Assembly: GCA_004431415.1 (NCBI GenBank)
Contig: QPMI01000482.1
Location: forward strand, 248,001 to 312,000
DNA: 64,000 bases
Direction: 5' to 3'
DNA from: Cyanophora paradoxa CCMP329
Taxonomy: Eukaryota; Plantae; Glaucophyta
Position numbers and translations under genes: made by a program. Shown piece after piece: positions 21,870-32,923 of this stretch. Positions within the stretch are counted from its first letter, which is position 1, and every line of letters starts with the position of its first letter. The notes beneath the pieces are model-generated. The model ran no database searches. It saw only the letters and a list, made by a program, of their open reading frames with translations, and was not told the origin of the DNA.

Positions 21870-24194
21870 ATGGGCAAGGCGGGTGCGCGGCTTCCCGCAG
21901 CCCCCGCAGCCCGCTGAGCGCTGAACCGCTCCCTCGCTTCCTGGTGCAGATTTTCTCACCCCAAAGGTCCGCGTCCGCGCTCTCGCCTCGCCGCAGCTTC
22001 GCCTGACGCGCGCCCGCGCAGGCCATCTCAAACCGCATCAAGGCGAGTGCCCAGCAGGCGGTGGTGCTCGAGCCGCTCTCCACGCGGTCCGCTTAGCTTC
22101 GCCCGCCACGCAGGCCAAGGGTCTCCAGAAGCTGCGATGGTACTGCCAGATGTGTCAGAAGCAGTGCCGTGATGAGAACGGCTTCAAGGTGCCAACGAGC
22201 GCGTTCCGCTCGCCGGCTACGCTGCGGCCTGACCTCTGCTCCTCGCCGCAGTGCCACTGCGAGTCGGAGAGCCATCAGCGGCAGATGCAGATCTTCGCGG
22301 AGCAGCCCAACAAGATCGTGGACACGTACTCTGAAGAATTCATGAGCACCTACGTCGGGATCATCAGCCGACAGTGCGCGCCCCGTCGCTAGCGCTCCAA
22401 TGCTGCGTTCGCCGCCCGCGGCCGACGCTGTTTCTTGCGGCGCAGGTACTGCAAGACGCGCGTGCACGCGAACGTGGTGTACAATCAGGTGCTCTGGCGC
22501 TGGCCGGGCGCTTGGCGGCCGCGCCCCCGCTGACCCCTCCGGCCCAGGTTGTCGCCGACCGGCACCACATCCACATGAACGCGACCAAGTGGAAGACGCT
22601 CACCAACTTCGTGCTCCACCTCGGCAAGGAGGGTATCGCGAAGGTGGAGGACACGCCCAAGGGCTGGTACGTCGAGTACATCGACCGCGACCCCGAAAAG
22701 ATGCGGAAGCAGGTGCGGGGGGCGCGCCGGGCGAGCCGGCGCTTCCCAGGCTGACGCGGCCGGCGCGCGCAGAAAGAGCTGGAGAACCGGGAGCGGGCGG
22801 ACATGGATGCGGAGGAGGCGCGCAGGCGCATGATCGAGAAGCAGATCGAGGTGGCGCGCGCGCTCGAGGCGAACAAGCCCGAGTCGGTGCGCGCCGCCCC
22901 AAGGGGACGGGAATGGCGGGGCCGGGTGCGAGCGAGTTGGTGGCAGGTGCCCACGGAGCTGGTACGGGACGAGTCGCAGAAGATCACGCTGAGCCTCTTC
23001 GGCAAGGGCAAGGGCAAGGCCGAGGCCGCCCCGGCCGCCAGCCCCGAGCAGGCCGGCGCGGGCGGAGGCGAGGGCGAGGGCGAGGGCGGGGGCGAGGAGG
23101 GGAACGAGGGCGAGGAGGAGGGCGGGGACGGGGGCGGCGAGGGCGCGAGCGGGGGCGAGGGCCCCAGCGCCGAGCGTGCCAAGCGGCCGCGCCCGTCCTC
23201 CTCCTCATCCCCGGCGCCCCGCCCGGCGGCCTCGGCCTCGGCCCCCGCCGGCTCCTCCTCCTCCTCCTCCGCCTCGTCGGCCAAGCCGACGCCGATGCCG
23301 CCGCCGCCGCCTCCCCCCAAGGTCGCCGCCGTCTTCGCCGTCGACGGCGGCAAGTCGGGAGGCGACGGTGACAAGAAGCGCAAGCTCTCCGCCATGGAAG
23401 AGGCGAGCGCAGTGCCGCCGCGCCGCGCCGCGCCGGCCCTCCCCGCCCAAGCGCGCCCTGAGCGGCTGGGCCCGGCCCGGCGCGCAGATCCGGCTGGCGG
23501 AGGAGGAGCGAAAGAAGCGGGACGCGGAGCGGGCGAAGCGGGAGGCGCTGCAGAAGGCCGGCGGGCGCTTCGACTACTGGCTGTACCCCAGCATCGTCGT
23601 CAAGGTCATGAACAAGGAGCTCAAGGAGGGGAAGTACTACAAGCAGAAGGGCGCGCCCCCGTTGCCTCCGCTTCGCGCCCCGCCCGCGTGACCGCGCCCC
23701 CTCCCCCGCAGGCGTCGTCGAGAAGGTCCACGACAAGTGCGCCCCGCCCCCGCCCCCTGCCCCCAGGATCGCCCCCGCAGGCAATCGAATCCGCGGCCGT
23801 AGGTACATCGCGGAGATCAAGATGCAGGAGACCGGGCACCGGCTGAAGCTGGACCAGTCGCAGCTGGAAACCGTGATTCCGGTATCCCCGCTCCCCGCCT
23901 GCCCGTCGGCCCGCCCGAGGGCAGCCGTGAGCGGGGCCCTGCCAGAACGTGGGCGGGCGCGTCCTCTTCGTGAACGGGTTCAACGTCGGGGAGACGGGCG
24001 TCGTCGAGGTGCCTTTCGCCCGCCCCGCCCCGCCCCACCGCCCGCCGGTGGGGCGAGGTGGCCTGACGGCTGGCGCGGGGCGGGGGCAGTCGATCGAGGT
24101 GGAGCAGTTCTGCGCGAAGGTGAAGCTCGAGACGGGCCGCGACAAGGACCGCGTCGTCCGCGCCGAGTACGAGGACATCTGCAGGCTCGCCTGA
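21870..24194 (+). CDS. KIN17: DNA/RNA-binding protein KIN17 (Zn finger, winged helix, C-terminal KOW/SH3-like)
   Basis: Spliced MGKADFLTPKAISNRIKAKGLQKLRWYCQMCQKQCRDENGFKCHCESESHQRQM...HIHMNATKW.TL..FV..LG...DTPKGWY...WLYPSIVVKV...LDQSQLETVIP...YEDICRLA*. Confidence 0.96.
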
Positions 24195-24946
24195 CCCCGG
24201 CCCGCCCCCTCGTCCCCGCCCCGCCTGCGAGCCAGTTCGAGCACTACATTTACTGAGCCCCGGCCCCGGAGAGCTTGAACTTAGTTACAACGAGTTGCAT
24301 ACATTTGCATACGCGTGGTGCTCTACTAGCTATAGGCTAGCAATAACACTGCTGCCACCTAATCGCACGACGCCAGATTGAACTTGAAGAAACATTTACC
24401 GTAGTACATCTGCACAATAGAACAATTACGTACACTATGATATAAGCAAAAACAGAATCTAAAGCGACTGACTCAGTGCACGTGATTCAGTGAACCTCAC
24501 TAGCATTGATATCACACTAACATCGCAACGGAGCGCCGCGGCGTCGACTGTCAAACCAAAACAGCCTGGCACAGTGGCAGCACACTAATGAGAAGAGGGA
24601 AAGGAATCGCAAAAACGCACTACTTAAGAATAGATAACCTAAGTATAGAGGGTTCAATAATAACGCGGCGCGGCGCCGGCCGCGCGATGCAGATCTAGAT
24701 TCGCACATCGACCATCGATACCGCTGGAAGGACCGTCGGACACGGGATCGATCCGGAGCCGGCCGCGCGGGGCCGGCGCGCAGGCGCGAGCGGGAGCCGG
24801 CTAGATGCCCGAGGGGACGAAGGCGGACGGGAAGACGACGGCGAAGATGTTGTCTGCGAAGCGGCGTGAGGGTCGCGATGGCGTCGGTCCCAGAGGCGCC
24901 CAAGCGAACTCTAGGATCCCCCGGAGTCGTACGCGTGGAGTTAGAT

Positions 24947-27900
24947 TTAAATTCTTAAGCACGGCTCACATGTCTTCACCATCGCTGCTGTCGTTATGAG
25001 CACCGACGTCATCCACCTTCGGCAAGGCGAGGCGGGGTCAGCGCCGGCGGCGGGGCGCCCCAGATGCACACGGAAGAAGGGGCTTCGGGGCGGGGGAAGT
25101 GGAGGGGCGGACATTCCGGCGATGCGCTTGCCGAAGAGGTCGACCATCGCCCAGCCGATCTCGAACCCGTCCTTCACGCTCCGCACCCGCGCGCTCGCGG
25201 AGAGGTCGGGGGCTTGCCCCGGCCCCAGCGTCGCCGCGGCCCCGCCGCCGGCGGCGACATGGGGCGGGGTAGGGCGGGAGGAGAGGAGCCAGGCGGCCCC
25301 TAGGCAGGCGGAGAGAATGGCGACGGAGGCGGCGGCGGCGAGGAGGCAGGCGGCGTAGCCCCGCCCGGGGAGGACCTCCTCGTGGTAGGGGAAGAGCACG
25401 CGGGCGGTCCCGAAGCGGAAGACGGTGAGGATGACGACGAACTGGACCGATGCCATGATCGAGGCGAGCGCCTGCAGGAAGAAGAGCGCCCGCCCGGACT
25501 CCCGCACCAGCGCCGCCCCGCCGCCCCGCAGCTCCCGCTCCCGATCCCGATCGCTCGGGCTGCGCGCGCCCCGCCGGTGAGCTCAAGCGTCGGAGGAGAG
25601 CGGACAAGGGGCCGGGCAGGGGCGCTCACGGGGGCTGCGGCAGCTGGGAGTGGGAGAGGGAGCGGGAGCGGCGCCAGGGGAGCGGCAGCTTCGAGCGCGA
25701 GCGCGAGATCCGCCAGGACGCGAGCTGCGAGCGCGTGGCAATGGCGCTCGAGAGGCGCCGCATCGGCCTCGTCAGCACGTAGGAGACCACCTGCCGCGCA
25801 GGTCAGAGCGGGGCGGCTCGGAGGAGGGTTGCGGGGGGCCGGGGTGGGGCGGGACCCCGTGGAGGCGGCGGGCGAAGCTCTTGGAGGCGCTGCCGGCGAG
25901 GAGCGGGGCGAAGCAGACGGCGGCGTCCGAGACGACGCCGAAGACCAGCACCGCGTCCGACGAGGACCGGAAGCTCACCAGCCTGCCCCCGGGGCACGGC
26001 AGTCAGAGGCGGGGGGGCGAGGGAGCGCGCGTCCGGGCGGCCGCACAGTCGGAAGCTGCGGAGGAGGTGCTGCGAGGGCGGGGCGCGATCAGACGGGGCG
26101 GAAGGCGGGCGGGGGTACAGGCGCACGAGCAGCCACAAGAGAGCCAGAGCCTGCGAGGGTACGTGGGATCAGCGGGGTACGTGGAGCTCGGGGCGGCGCG
26201 GGGGCGCACGGGGCCGCCGTGGTCGGGAAGGAGGTCGCAGAGGAAGTTCCGGTAGACCTGCGGGGGGTACGGGAGTCAGCTCCGCTGCGCGCGCTCGAGT
26301 GGGGGGTACAGCGCACGCGCAGGATGGCGAAGCAGGTGAAAAAGGAGAGGAGGGAGAAGGCGATGCTGATGAAGACCTGCGAGCCGGGGTGGGTGAGGCA
26401 AAACAGGACGGCGAAGCGGGGAGGGACAGGGGAAGGGGGGAAAGCTGAGGGAGGGGGGGGGAGAAGGAAGGGGGGAGGGGTGGGAGGGGTGGAGGGGGCT
26501 GAGGGGGAGAGGTTCCGGAGCGAAGATGTTGGGCACCTGGGCTACGCCGCTGTTCTCAAAGAGGGCGAAGAGGAAGATGTACCCCCACATCTGGGCGAAG
26601 GGTGAGGCGAGCGAGGTTAGGAGAGGGGCGCGCGCGCACCGGGTAGATCTGGACGGTGAGGCCGCCCATGAACTTGAGGAGGCGCCAGGCCATGTCCGGG
26701 GCGTCGGCGAGGGACTGCCGCCGCCCGCTCCGCAGCGAGCGGGCGGGGCCGCCGGCGCGGGACGAGGCGGCGACGGAGAGCGCAGCGCGCGACGAGGCCC
26801 GCCCTGTGAGCGGCGGGGCCGCCGAGGCCGCCTCGCTCGCCTCGGCCCCGTCGCCCCTCGCGGCCCGCACGGGGCGCCCTTGGCCTCCACCCCCTCCGAG
26901 TCGGGGCCGCCGGCTGTGGCGGCGCCGGGGGCCTGGGCCCACGCGAGGCGGGCGAGCGGGGTCCTGGGCGGGAGGCCGTCGAGGGAGCTCCGCGGGCCGG
27001 CGCCGGCGTCGCAGTCGCGCTCGCAGCCGTCGAGGTCGGCCACGAACCGCGCCCGCGAGCGCGCGGTGCGGCGCGGCTCCGGCTGGAGCGCCGCTCCCAG
27101 CGAGGGGGCGCTGACGGCCGGCGGCAGGGGCGAGGGGGCCCCGACGGCGCGCGGCGAGGGCGTCCCTGGCGGCTCGAAGGGCGGGGGAAGGGGCGTCCTG
27201 GGCCCCCGCCTTGGAGCCCCGGTGCGCGGGGGTGAACGCGCGCGGGTGCGGCGACTCGGGGTCGCTGTCGAAGGGCGTGGCGGCGGCGGCGCCGCCGCTG
27301 CCGCGCCCGTCGAGCTCGACGGGCTCGAAGCCGGCGGGGCTGAGGGGCGTGGGGGACGGGTGCAGGCGGCGGCGGAGGAGGCGGTTCCAGATGGCGACGG
27401 AGGAGGCGCAGGAGGGGACGTAGAGCCCGGCGACGACCGCGGGGAGGATGAGGGGCAGCTCCAGGAAGCGCTGCGCCGCCGCCGCGTCAGGCGGGGCGCC
27501 CCGACGCCGCCCCGCGCGGCCGGCGCGGCACGGCGCGGCGACGGACCAGGGGGAAGGCGTAGGCCATCAGGGAGACCCCCGCCCAGTACCAGCCGCAGTA
27601 GACGAGCAGCGGCACGCCGACGGTCACCGCCAGGCTCCGCGGCCTGCGGGGCGGCCGCAGTGAGCGCCGCGCGGAAATTCGTGCGCAGCCACGGGCAGGA
27701 ACGGCAGCAGCGGAGCGAACCTCAGCGACATCTCCCACCCGTACACCTGTTTCAAATCGTTTAGAATGAACTTTGGGGGCTGTCATAATCAGTGTTAATG
27801 CAATTCAAGTCTAGGTTACCAGGCTGCCCCAGCAAACGAGGCTGAATGAGACGCAGAGGCCCGTGATGCTTCCTGAGTACACTGCGCAGGCGCTGCTCGG

Positions 27901-28195
27901 ACGAGGCCGCCCCGCGGCGCGCGGGGCGAGCGCTGGCGGGCGGGTGCACGTGAGACGTACTGAAGAGGGTCCTTCGATCGCCGGGGGCCTCCAGCGCGCC
28001 GGGGTAGTAACTAAGCGCTACGGCCTGCGCTTGCTCGACACGCTGGGGCGGCAGGTAACGCCTGAACGCGCGCACCGGGATGGTAGGGACGAGAGCGAGC
28101 CAGAAGAGCTGAACGGCGCGCCCCATGCCGAATCCGACGCGCTGGCGCCATGAATCCGCGGGAGCAGCCGCCACTTCGCTCTCTCCGTCGTCCAT
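24947..28195 (-). CDS. Uncharacterised multipass membrane protein
   Basis: Spliceable hydrophobic exons: AVQLFWLALVPTIPV, LAVTVGVPLLVYCGWYWAGVSLMAYAFPLV, MWGYIFLFALF...FISIAFSLLSFFTCFAIL, ALFFLQALASIMASVQFVVILTVF, YAACLLAAAASVAILSACLGAAWLL, ending CEPCLRI*. No family recognised; exon structure only partly resolved. Confidence 0.6.
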
Positions 28196-29253
28196 GGCGC
28201 CTGCACACGGTAGGCGCCCCGCTGCAGGCAACTTTCGTCTTACACGAATCGAGAATCGGCGTCGATCATGTCGCAGCCGATGCTCCCGCCACTTCGAGCG
28301 CTTTAGAAAATTGCTGCGCTGCCAAGCTGCCCTGTAATGGCTGGAATCCGGGCCAGGAGGCGGCGAGCGCACATCGCGCAAGCGCACCAATGCGCCGGGC
28401 CTGGGTGAGCTAGCTGCGCATTGATATCGAAGGCCGGCTACGGCGCTACGCCGCGCTGCGGCCGCTGCCTACGCAGCCTACGCGACGAGCTAGCTGCGAG
28501 CAACAGCTCCAGACCGTGACCAGACGAGCGGCTGGGGTACGTGTACGCGAAGCCACGTGCACGTTCCAGTTTTCTATCGATCTCATGTTCGAGCTCATGT
28601 TGACGTTCACCGTTCCGGGGGGATCCGTTAATTTTGCCGCAGTCGCGTCGCCGGCTACTTGCCAAGTTGCGCTCTCGCCCGGCGCTAGCGCTCAACCGTT
28701 GAACGGCTCTAGATCTCGCGCGCGGGCCGGGCGCGCGTGGACGCTGGCGTGCATGCGCACGTGGCCATGGCCACTATAGCGCTGCACGTTCGCAGCCGCT
28801 GAGCGCGTCGCTAGCTATAGCGCTGCAGCTGAGCCGCGCATCATGCCATGCATATGCATATGGGCCAGGAGGCGCCACGCGTACGCGTACGGCGGCGCGG
28901 CGCGCGGGCAGTCCATATGCATGATGCATTTTGCGAATTGTCCGACGCGCGCGGGCGCGCGCCGCCAAATAATCGAGCTAGCGCTTGCGCATGCACTCGG
29001 CTGCGCCGCTCAGCGGCTGCGGTACTAGTACTACAGTATGCATATGGATATCGATTGCGCATGCGGCGGGCGGTGCGCATGCATGCCCGGCCCACGGGCG
29101 CCGTCCGACGGTCCCGTCGGTTAATGTTTGCATGCGCCCTGCAGGCTGCAGCTATCTTAGTATAGCGCTGCACGCTCGAGCCTCGGAGCTCACTGAGTCA
29201 CGATGAGCATGAGTGTTCATAATATTAATCAGCCGTGTGCGCACTGCGCAGGC

Positions 29254-29322
29254 AACTTTTGGGAACCCTAGGCCTGCGACATGCGCACGGGTCGCATGCG
29301 CAGGCCTAGGGTTCCAAAAGTT
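29254..29322. repeat. Near-perfect inverted repeat (69-nt hairpin, ~30-bp stem)
   Basis: AACTTTTGG(G)AACCCTAGGCCTGCG-A-CATGCG-cacgggt-CGCATG-CGCAGGCCTAGGGTTCCAAAAGTT: two 1-nt bulges and a 7-nt loop. Confidence 0.9.
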
Positions 29323-30493
29323 CGGGGCTCACCCTAGCGCGCGCACGGGTCGGGCTCACGGCCCCCGGGCCCGACGATGCCCTCCTTGAAGAGGCCGCGC
29401 GCCCTCTCTGCCGCCGCGCCGACGTCAGAAGTCAGCTGCAGTACCCATAGTGCGACGCGCATACGGGCCTGCGCATGCGCCCACCTAGGCCTCAATCGCC
29501 GGGATGGGGAGACAAGCCAATAACTCCGACGAGCCTTAAGCTTGAAGCGCCCACCTAGCCTCGGGAGGCGGGTGCCTCGCCGGGGCTGCCGCCGATGCCG
29601 ATGCCGAGGCATGCGCATGCCCAGCACGCGTACGAGCGGTTGGCGGGCCGGCCGCGGAGCCGAGCCAGGCGGGGGAGTCGGAGCATGCGCACGCGCAGGC
29701 TGCTAGGCATGCGCAGCGGCGCTAAGGCGAAGGCTGCTAGATCGCCCCGGAGACGCCTGGAGTCGCCGCGAGGCTATCGACGCGCGCGCGGCCGCAGTGT
29801 CAGTGTGGTCGACGTCGGCGCGCGCTCGCGCGGCCGAATTAACCGCAGAAATGGACAGGACGCCATGCGCCAGGCCTCACTGGCCGCTCGGCGCGACGGA
29901 GCTGCGGTCAGCCCGGCTGCATATAAGAATTTTCGAAGGACCGGACAGCTGCTGAGCGCTGCTCGGGGCTGGGGCCGCACGACGAGGCTGTCGGGCGGCT
30001 GGAAAAAACTTTTGGGGGTACAGCATTCGACATGCCCGAACAACTTGCAAAAGAAGCAGAAGCATGCACCCGGTCGCACTCGATCCTTGCCGCCATCATG
30101 GCATCCTTGCAGCCGTCCACGGGGCTGTCGTGCACGATCCGCAGGACCTGCAGGACACTGCCCGCGCCGTGCGCGAGCGCCCAATCGTGCGCCCACTCGT
30201 AAAGCTCATGGCGAACAACGAGCTCCGAGGCTCGTCCGACGCGTTGCTGCCGGGCGGGGGCGAGCGAGCGGGGAGGCCGGGCGCGGGCAAGAGACGATGC
30301 CCTGGGGGAAGGAGCGCAGCGAGCGCCTCCCTGCGCTGGCAGGTCCCCGCGCGCCCGAGCTTGATGTACTTGATGGGCGCGATATCGATGTTCATTTTTT
30401 TGCGGACCACTACCCCCAAATTGTAGCTCGGGAAGGAAGGCCCACGCAAATGCACAGGGGTACTGTAAAAAAGGAGGGGTACAAAGCCCAAAA

Positions 30494-31367
30494 ATGGTGA
30501 GTAACATAGGCAGCGCCTTTCCCAGCCGGAGCCGGAGCTGGGCAGCGCTTTCGTATCTAGATGCTGCAAGCTCGCGCTAGCTGCGATAGGGCGGCGGTCC
30601 GCTCATCCTCTGCCGACCGACAGCTGACCCAGCTGCCCGCAGGCGGACGTCGACCGTGAACACGATGAGCACGAGGAGGGTGGTGCGGGCCAGAAGAAGA
30701 GCCGCACCTTCCGCAAGTTCCAGTTCCGCGGCGTCGATCTCGATGCCCTCCTGGACCTGAAGAGCGACCAGCTCATGGACCTCGTCCACGCCCGCGCTCG
30801 CCGGCGGTTCATGCGCGGCCTCAAGCGTAAGCCGATGGCGCTCATGAAGCGCCTCCGCAAGGCCGTATCCTTTTGGCCCGAGTGCCTTGGTTGCTCAGCC
30901 AGCCGCAGGCTGCCCCCCGCCCTGCGTGCCTCGGCATTTGTTTGCTGCATGCGCTACTTCCTTTACTATGTCGCGCGATTGCGTTCCGGGAGCACAGAAG
31001 AAGGAGGCGGTCACCGGCGAGAAGCCCGAGGTGATCAAGACGCACCTTCGCAACATGATCATCGTCCCCGAGATGATCGGCTCGATGGTCGGTGTCTACA
31101 ACGGCAAGACCTTCAACGCCGTTGAGATCAAGGTCGGCGCTGCAGGGGTTGTTCTCGACAATCTGACTGCAGCCGCTCACGCGTCCGCGCAGCCTGAGAT
31201 GGTCGGCTTCTACCTCGGTGAGTTCTCGATCACCTACAAGCCCGTGAAGCACGGCCGGCCCGGTGCGCTCCCTGCTGCGCGTTGCACCGCACCCGCTCGC
31301 CCGGCTGACGCGCAATCGCGTAGGTATCGGTGCCACCCACTCTTCTCGTTTCATCCCGCTCAAGTAA
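30494..31367 (+). CDS. RPS15: 40S ribosomal protein S15 (uS19)
   Basis: ATG|gtgagt, so the first coding exon holds only the start codon. Then ADVDREH...[18 protein letters not shown]...[10 protein letters not shown]...[69 protein letters not shown]. Confidence 0.98.
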
Positions 31368-32037
31368 GCGGACTGCGAGAGTGGTCGGGGACCGGCTTGC
31401 CGCGGACGCACCTCGTTCGCCGGCTCTCCGAAACAGAAAGCGGCCGGAACACGCTTGCGTGCTCCACTCGACGTCACAGCCATGTTGCTCTTTTGACTCA
31501 ATCTTCAGAACTTGGGCATTCTGACACGGATCGCGCATCTCTGGCGTGCAACAGCGGGGCTAGAGGGTCGAGCGCGGGCCGGGGGGATTTGCTTGCCGCT
31601 CCGGACGGATTGCCTTTCGATCCTCTAGATCTGGGAGTCCACAAACTGGGGGGGCCGGGTCCTGGGGCTCGCGGGTTTCGCAGCCCGCGGCCGGTCTTGC
31701 ATGATTTCCCAGCTGCAGTCTGGCTGGGCTCAAGCTGGGCCATAGGCTTGGCGGCCCGCCTACAAAAGGATGCACCGCGGCAACCGTCTTATCAAACTGG
31801 AATCCATTAAATTTGAACGCTAGCACACATGTACAATGGCAAGTGCCTGCAGGGAACGAGCAACGAGCGCAATTGCAAGCATCCGATCGAATGATCCAGT
31901 GGGGATTCCTCGTCGATCGCCGGAGTCGCCATACTGACGGCTGCTGAGGCCCATCAAAAATACTTTCTGCTGGGCCATCAAGGCCCTGGGGTCTGGGGAC
32001 GGCCGGGCTGCAACCGCTCAACCCTACCTCACGGTCT

Positions 32038-32089
32038 GTAAGCCTGGGAGTAAGCCTGGGAGTAAGTCCTGCAGTAAGAATAAGTAAGG
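32038..32089. repeat. Short degenerate tandem repeat (GTAAGCCTGGGA x2 plus 3 decayed GTAAG units)
   Basis: gtaagcctggga gtaagcctggga gtaagtcctgca gtaagaataa gtaagg, downstream of YAE1. Confidence 0.7.
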
Positions 32090-32168
32090 CACCTGTTCAT
32101 GATCATGGGGGCGCCTTCAGAAGATGGACTAGCTGGAGCAGATGGGCATCGCCAGCTCAGGGAGTTCA

Positions 32169-32755
32169 TCACGAAGAGGAGGGGAAAGTGGGGACGGCGC
32201 CCATGAGCGTGTCGAGATCGAGGCCCGCGGAGGCGAAGAGGGGCCGGCACTCGTCCAGCGTGGGTCCTAGGTCGACCACGTGGGGCGGCAAGGGCCTGCC
32301 TGGAAGCCGCAGGTGGTCACGCGCGGCCGTAAGCCGCTCCAGCACTTGCTCGAGCCGAGCTAGAGCGTCTTCAGGCATGATGATGACACCGCTCTTCGCG
32401 TATGATACCACGCCGCTGCGATTCGGCGGTTTGACAGCGCTCGGCACTAAAAGAAGGTGGGGAGAGGCGGAACACCTCAGAACGCCGCGTAAGTGACCAG
32501 CGGGGAGGCCTTTACTTGCGCCGTCGCGAAAGCCTTCGTCAAAGCTCTGCTGGAGCGCCGCCTCACCGCTCTCGCTCGCGTCCTCGAGGCCCGCGAGAAA
32601 ACCAGTCTGCCTGGGTTTGAGCGCGCGCTGCAGATCGCATGCAGACCGCGTATGCGCACGTTCACGTGCTTCTCCTTCAGCGCGTGGATCTCCCGCTCCC
32701 GCGCGCGCTGCTCGAAGTGCGGGTCCTCCGCGCCGTCCCCGAAGTCGTCGTCCAT
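32169..32755 (-). CDS. YAE1: Yae1-family protein (Fe-S assembly adaptor for ABCE1/Rli1)
   Basis: MDDDFGD...REIHALKEKHVN|TGFLAGLEDASESGEAALQQSFDEGFRDGASKG...GHLRGVL matches the Yae1_N GxxxG-repeat pattern. Three exons. Confidence 0.75.
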
Positions 32756-32923
32756 CGCACGTGCAAACCGCGCGCGTCACAGACTTGAAGAAGGCCGATC
32801 AATATCTGTGAGCCGATGGCTGGTGGCAGTTAGTAACCATACCCCTCGCGCCTGTGCAAAACCAGGGAACCTTGGAACACAGGCTATCGCCGATGCTTCG
32901 CAGTGCGGGCAAGCTGTGACGCG

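Noticed and set aside
30096-30569. Minus-strand ORF containing KYIKLGRAG, reminiscent of a bacterial hypothetical-protein motif
   Set aside because: The resemblance is under 10 aa, the rest is low complexity, and it overlaps the RPS15 promoter and first exon.
31400-32030. Possible small gene or ncRNA between RPS15 and YAE1
   Set aside because: I could not support any splice pattern, protein motif, tRNA fold or snoRNA boxes; probably convergent 3' UTRs.
32038-32089. Possible CRISPR-like repeat or U1-site array (GTAAG x5)
   Set aside because: No spacers, a eukaryotic context, and antisense to the YAE1 3' region; simple slippage explains it.
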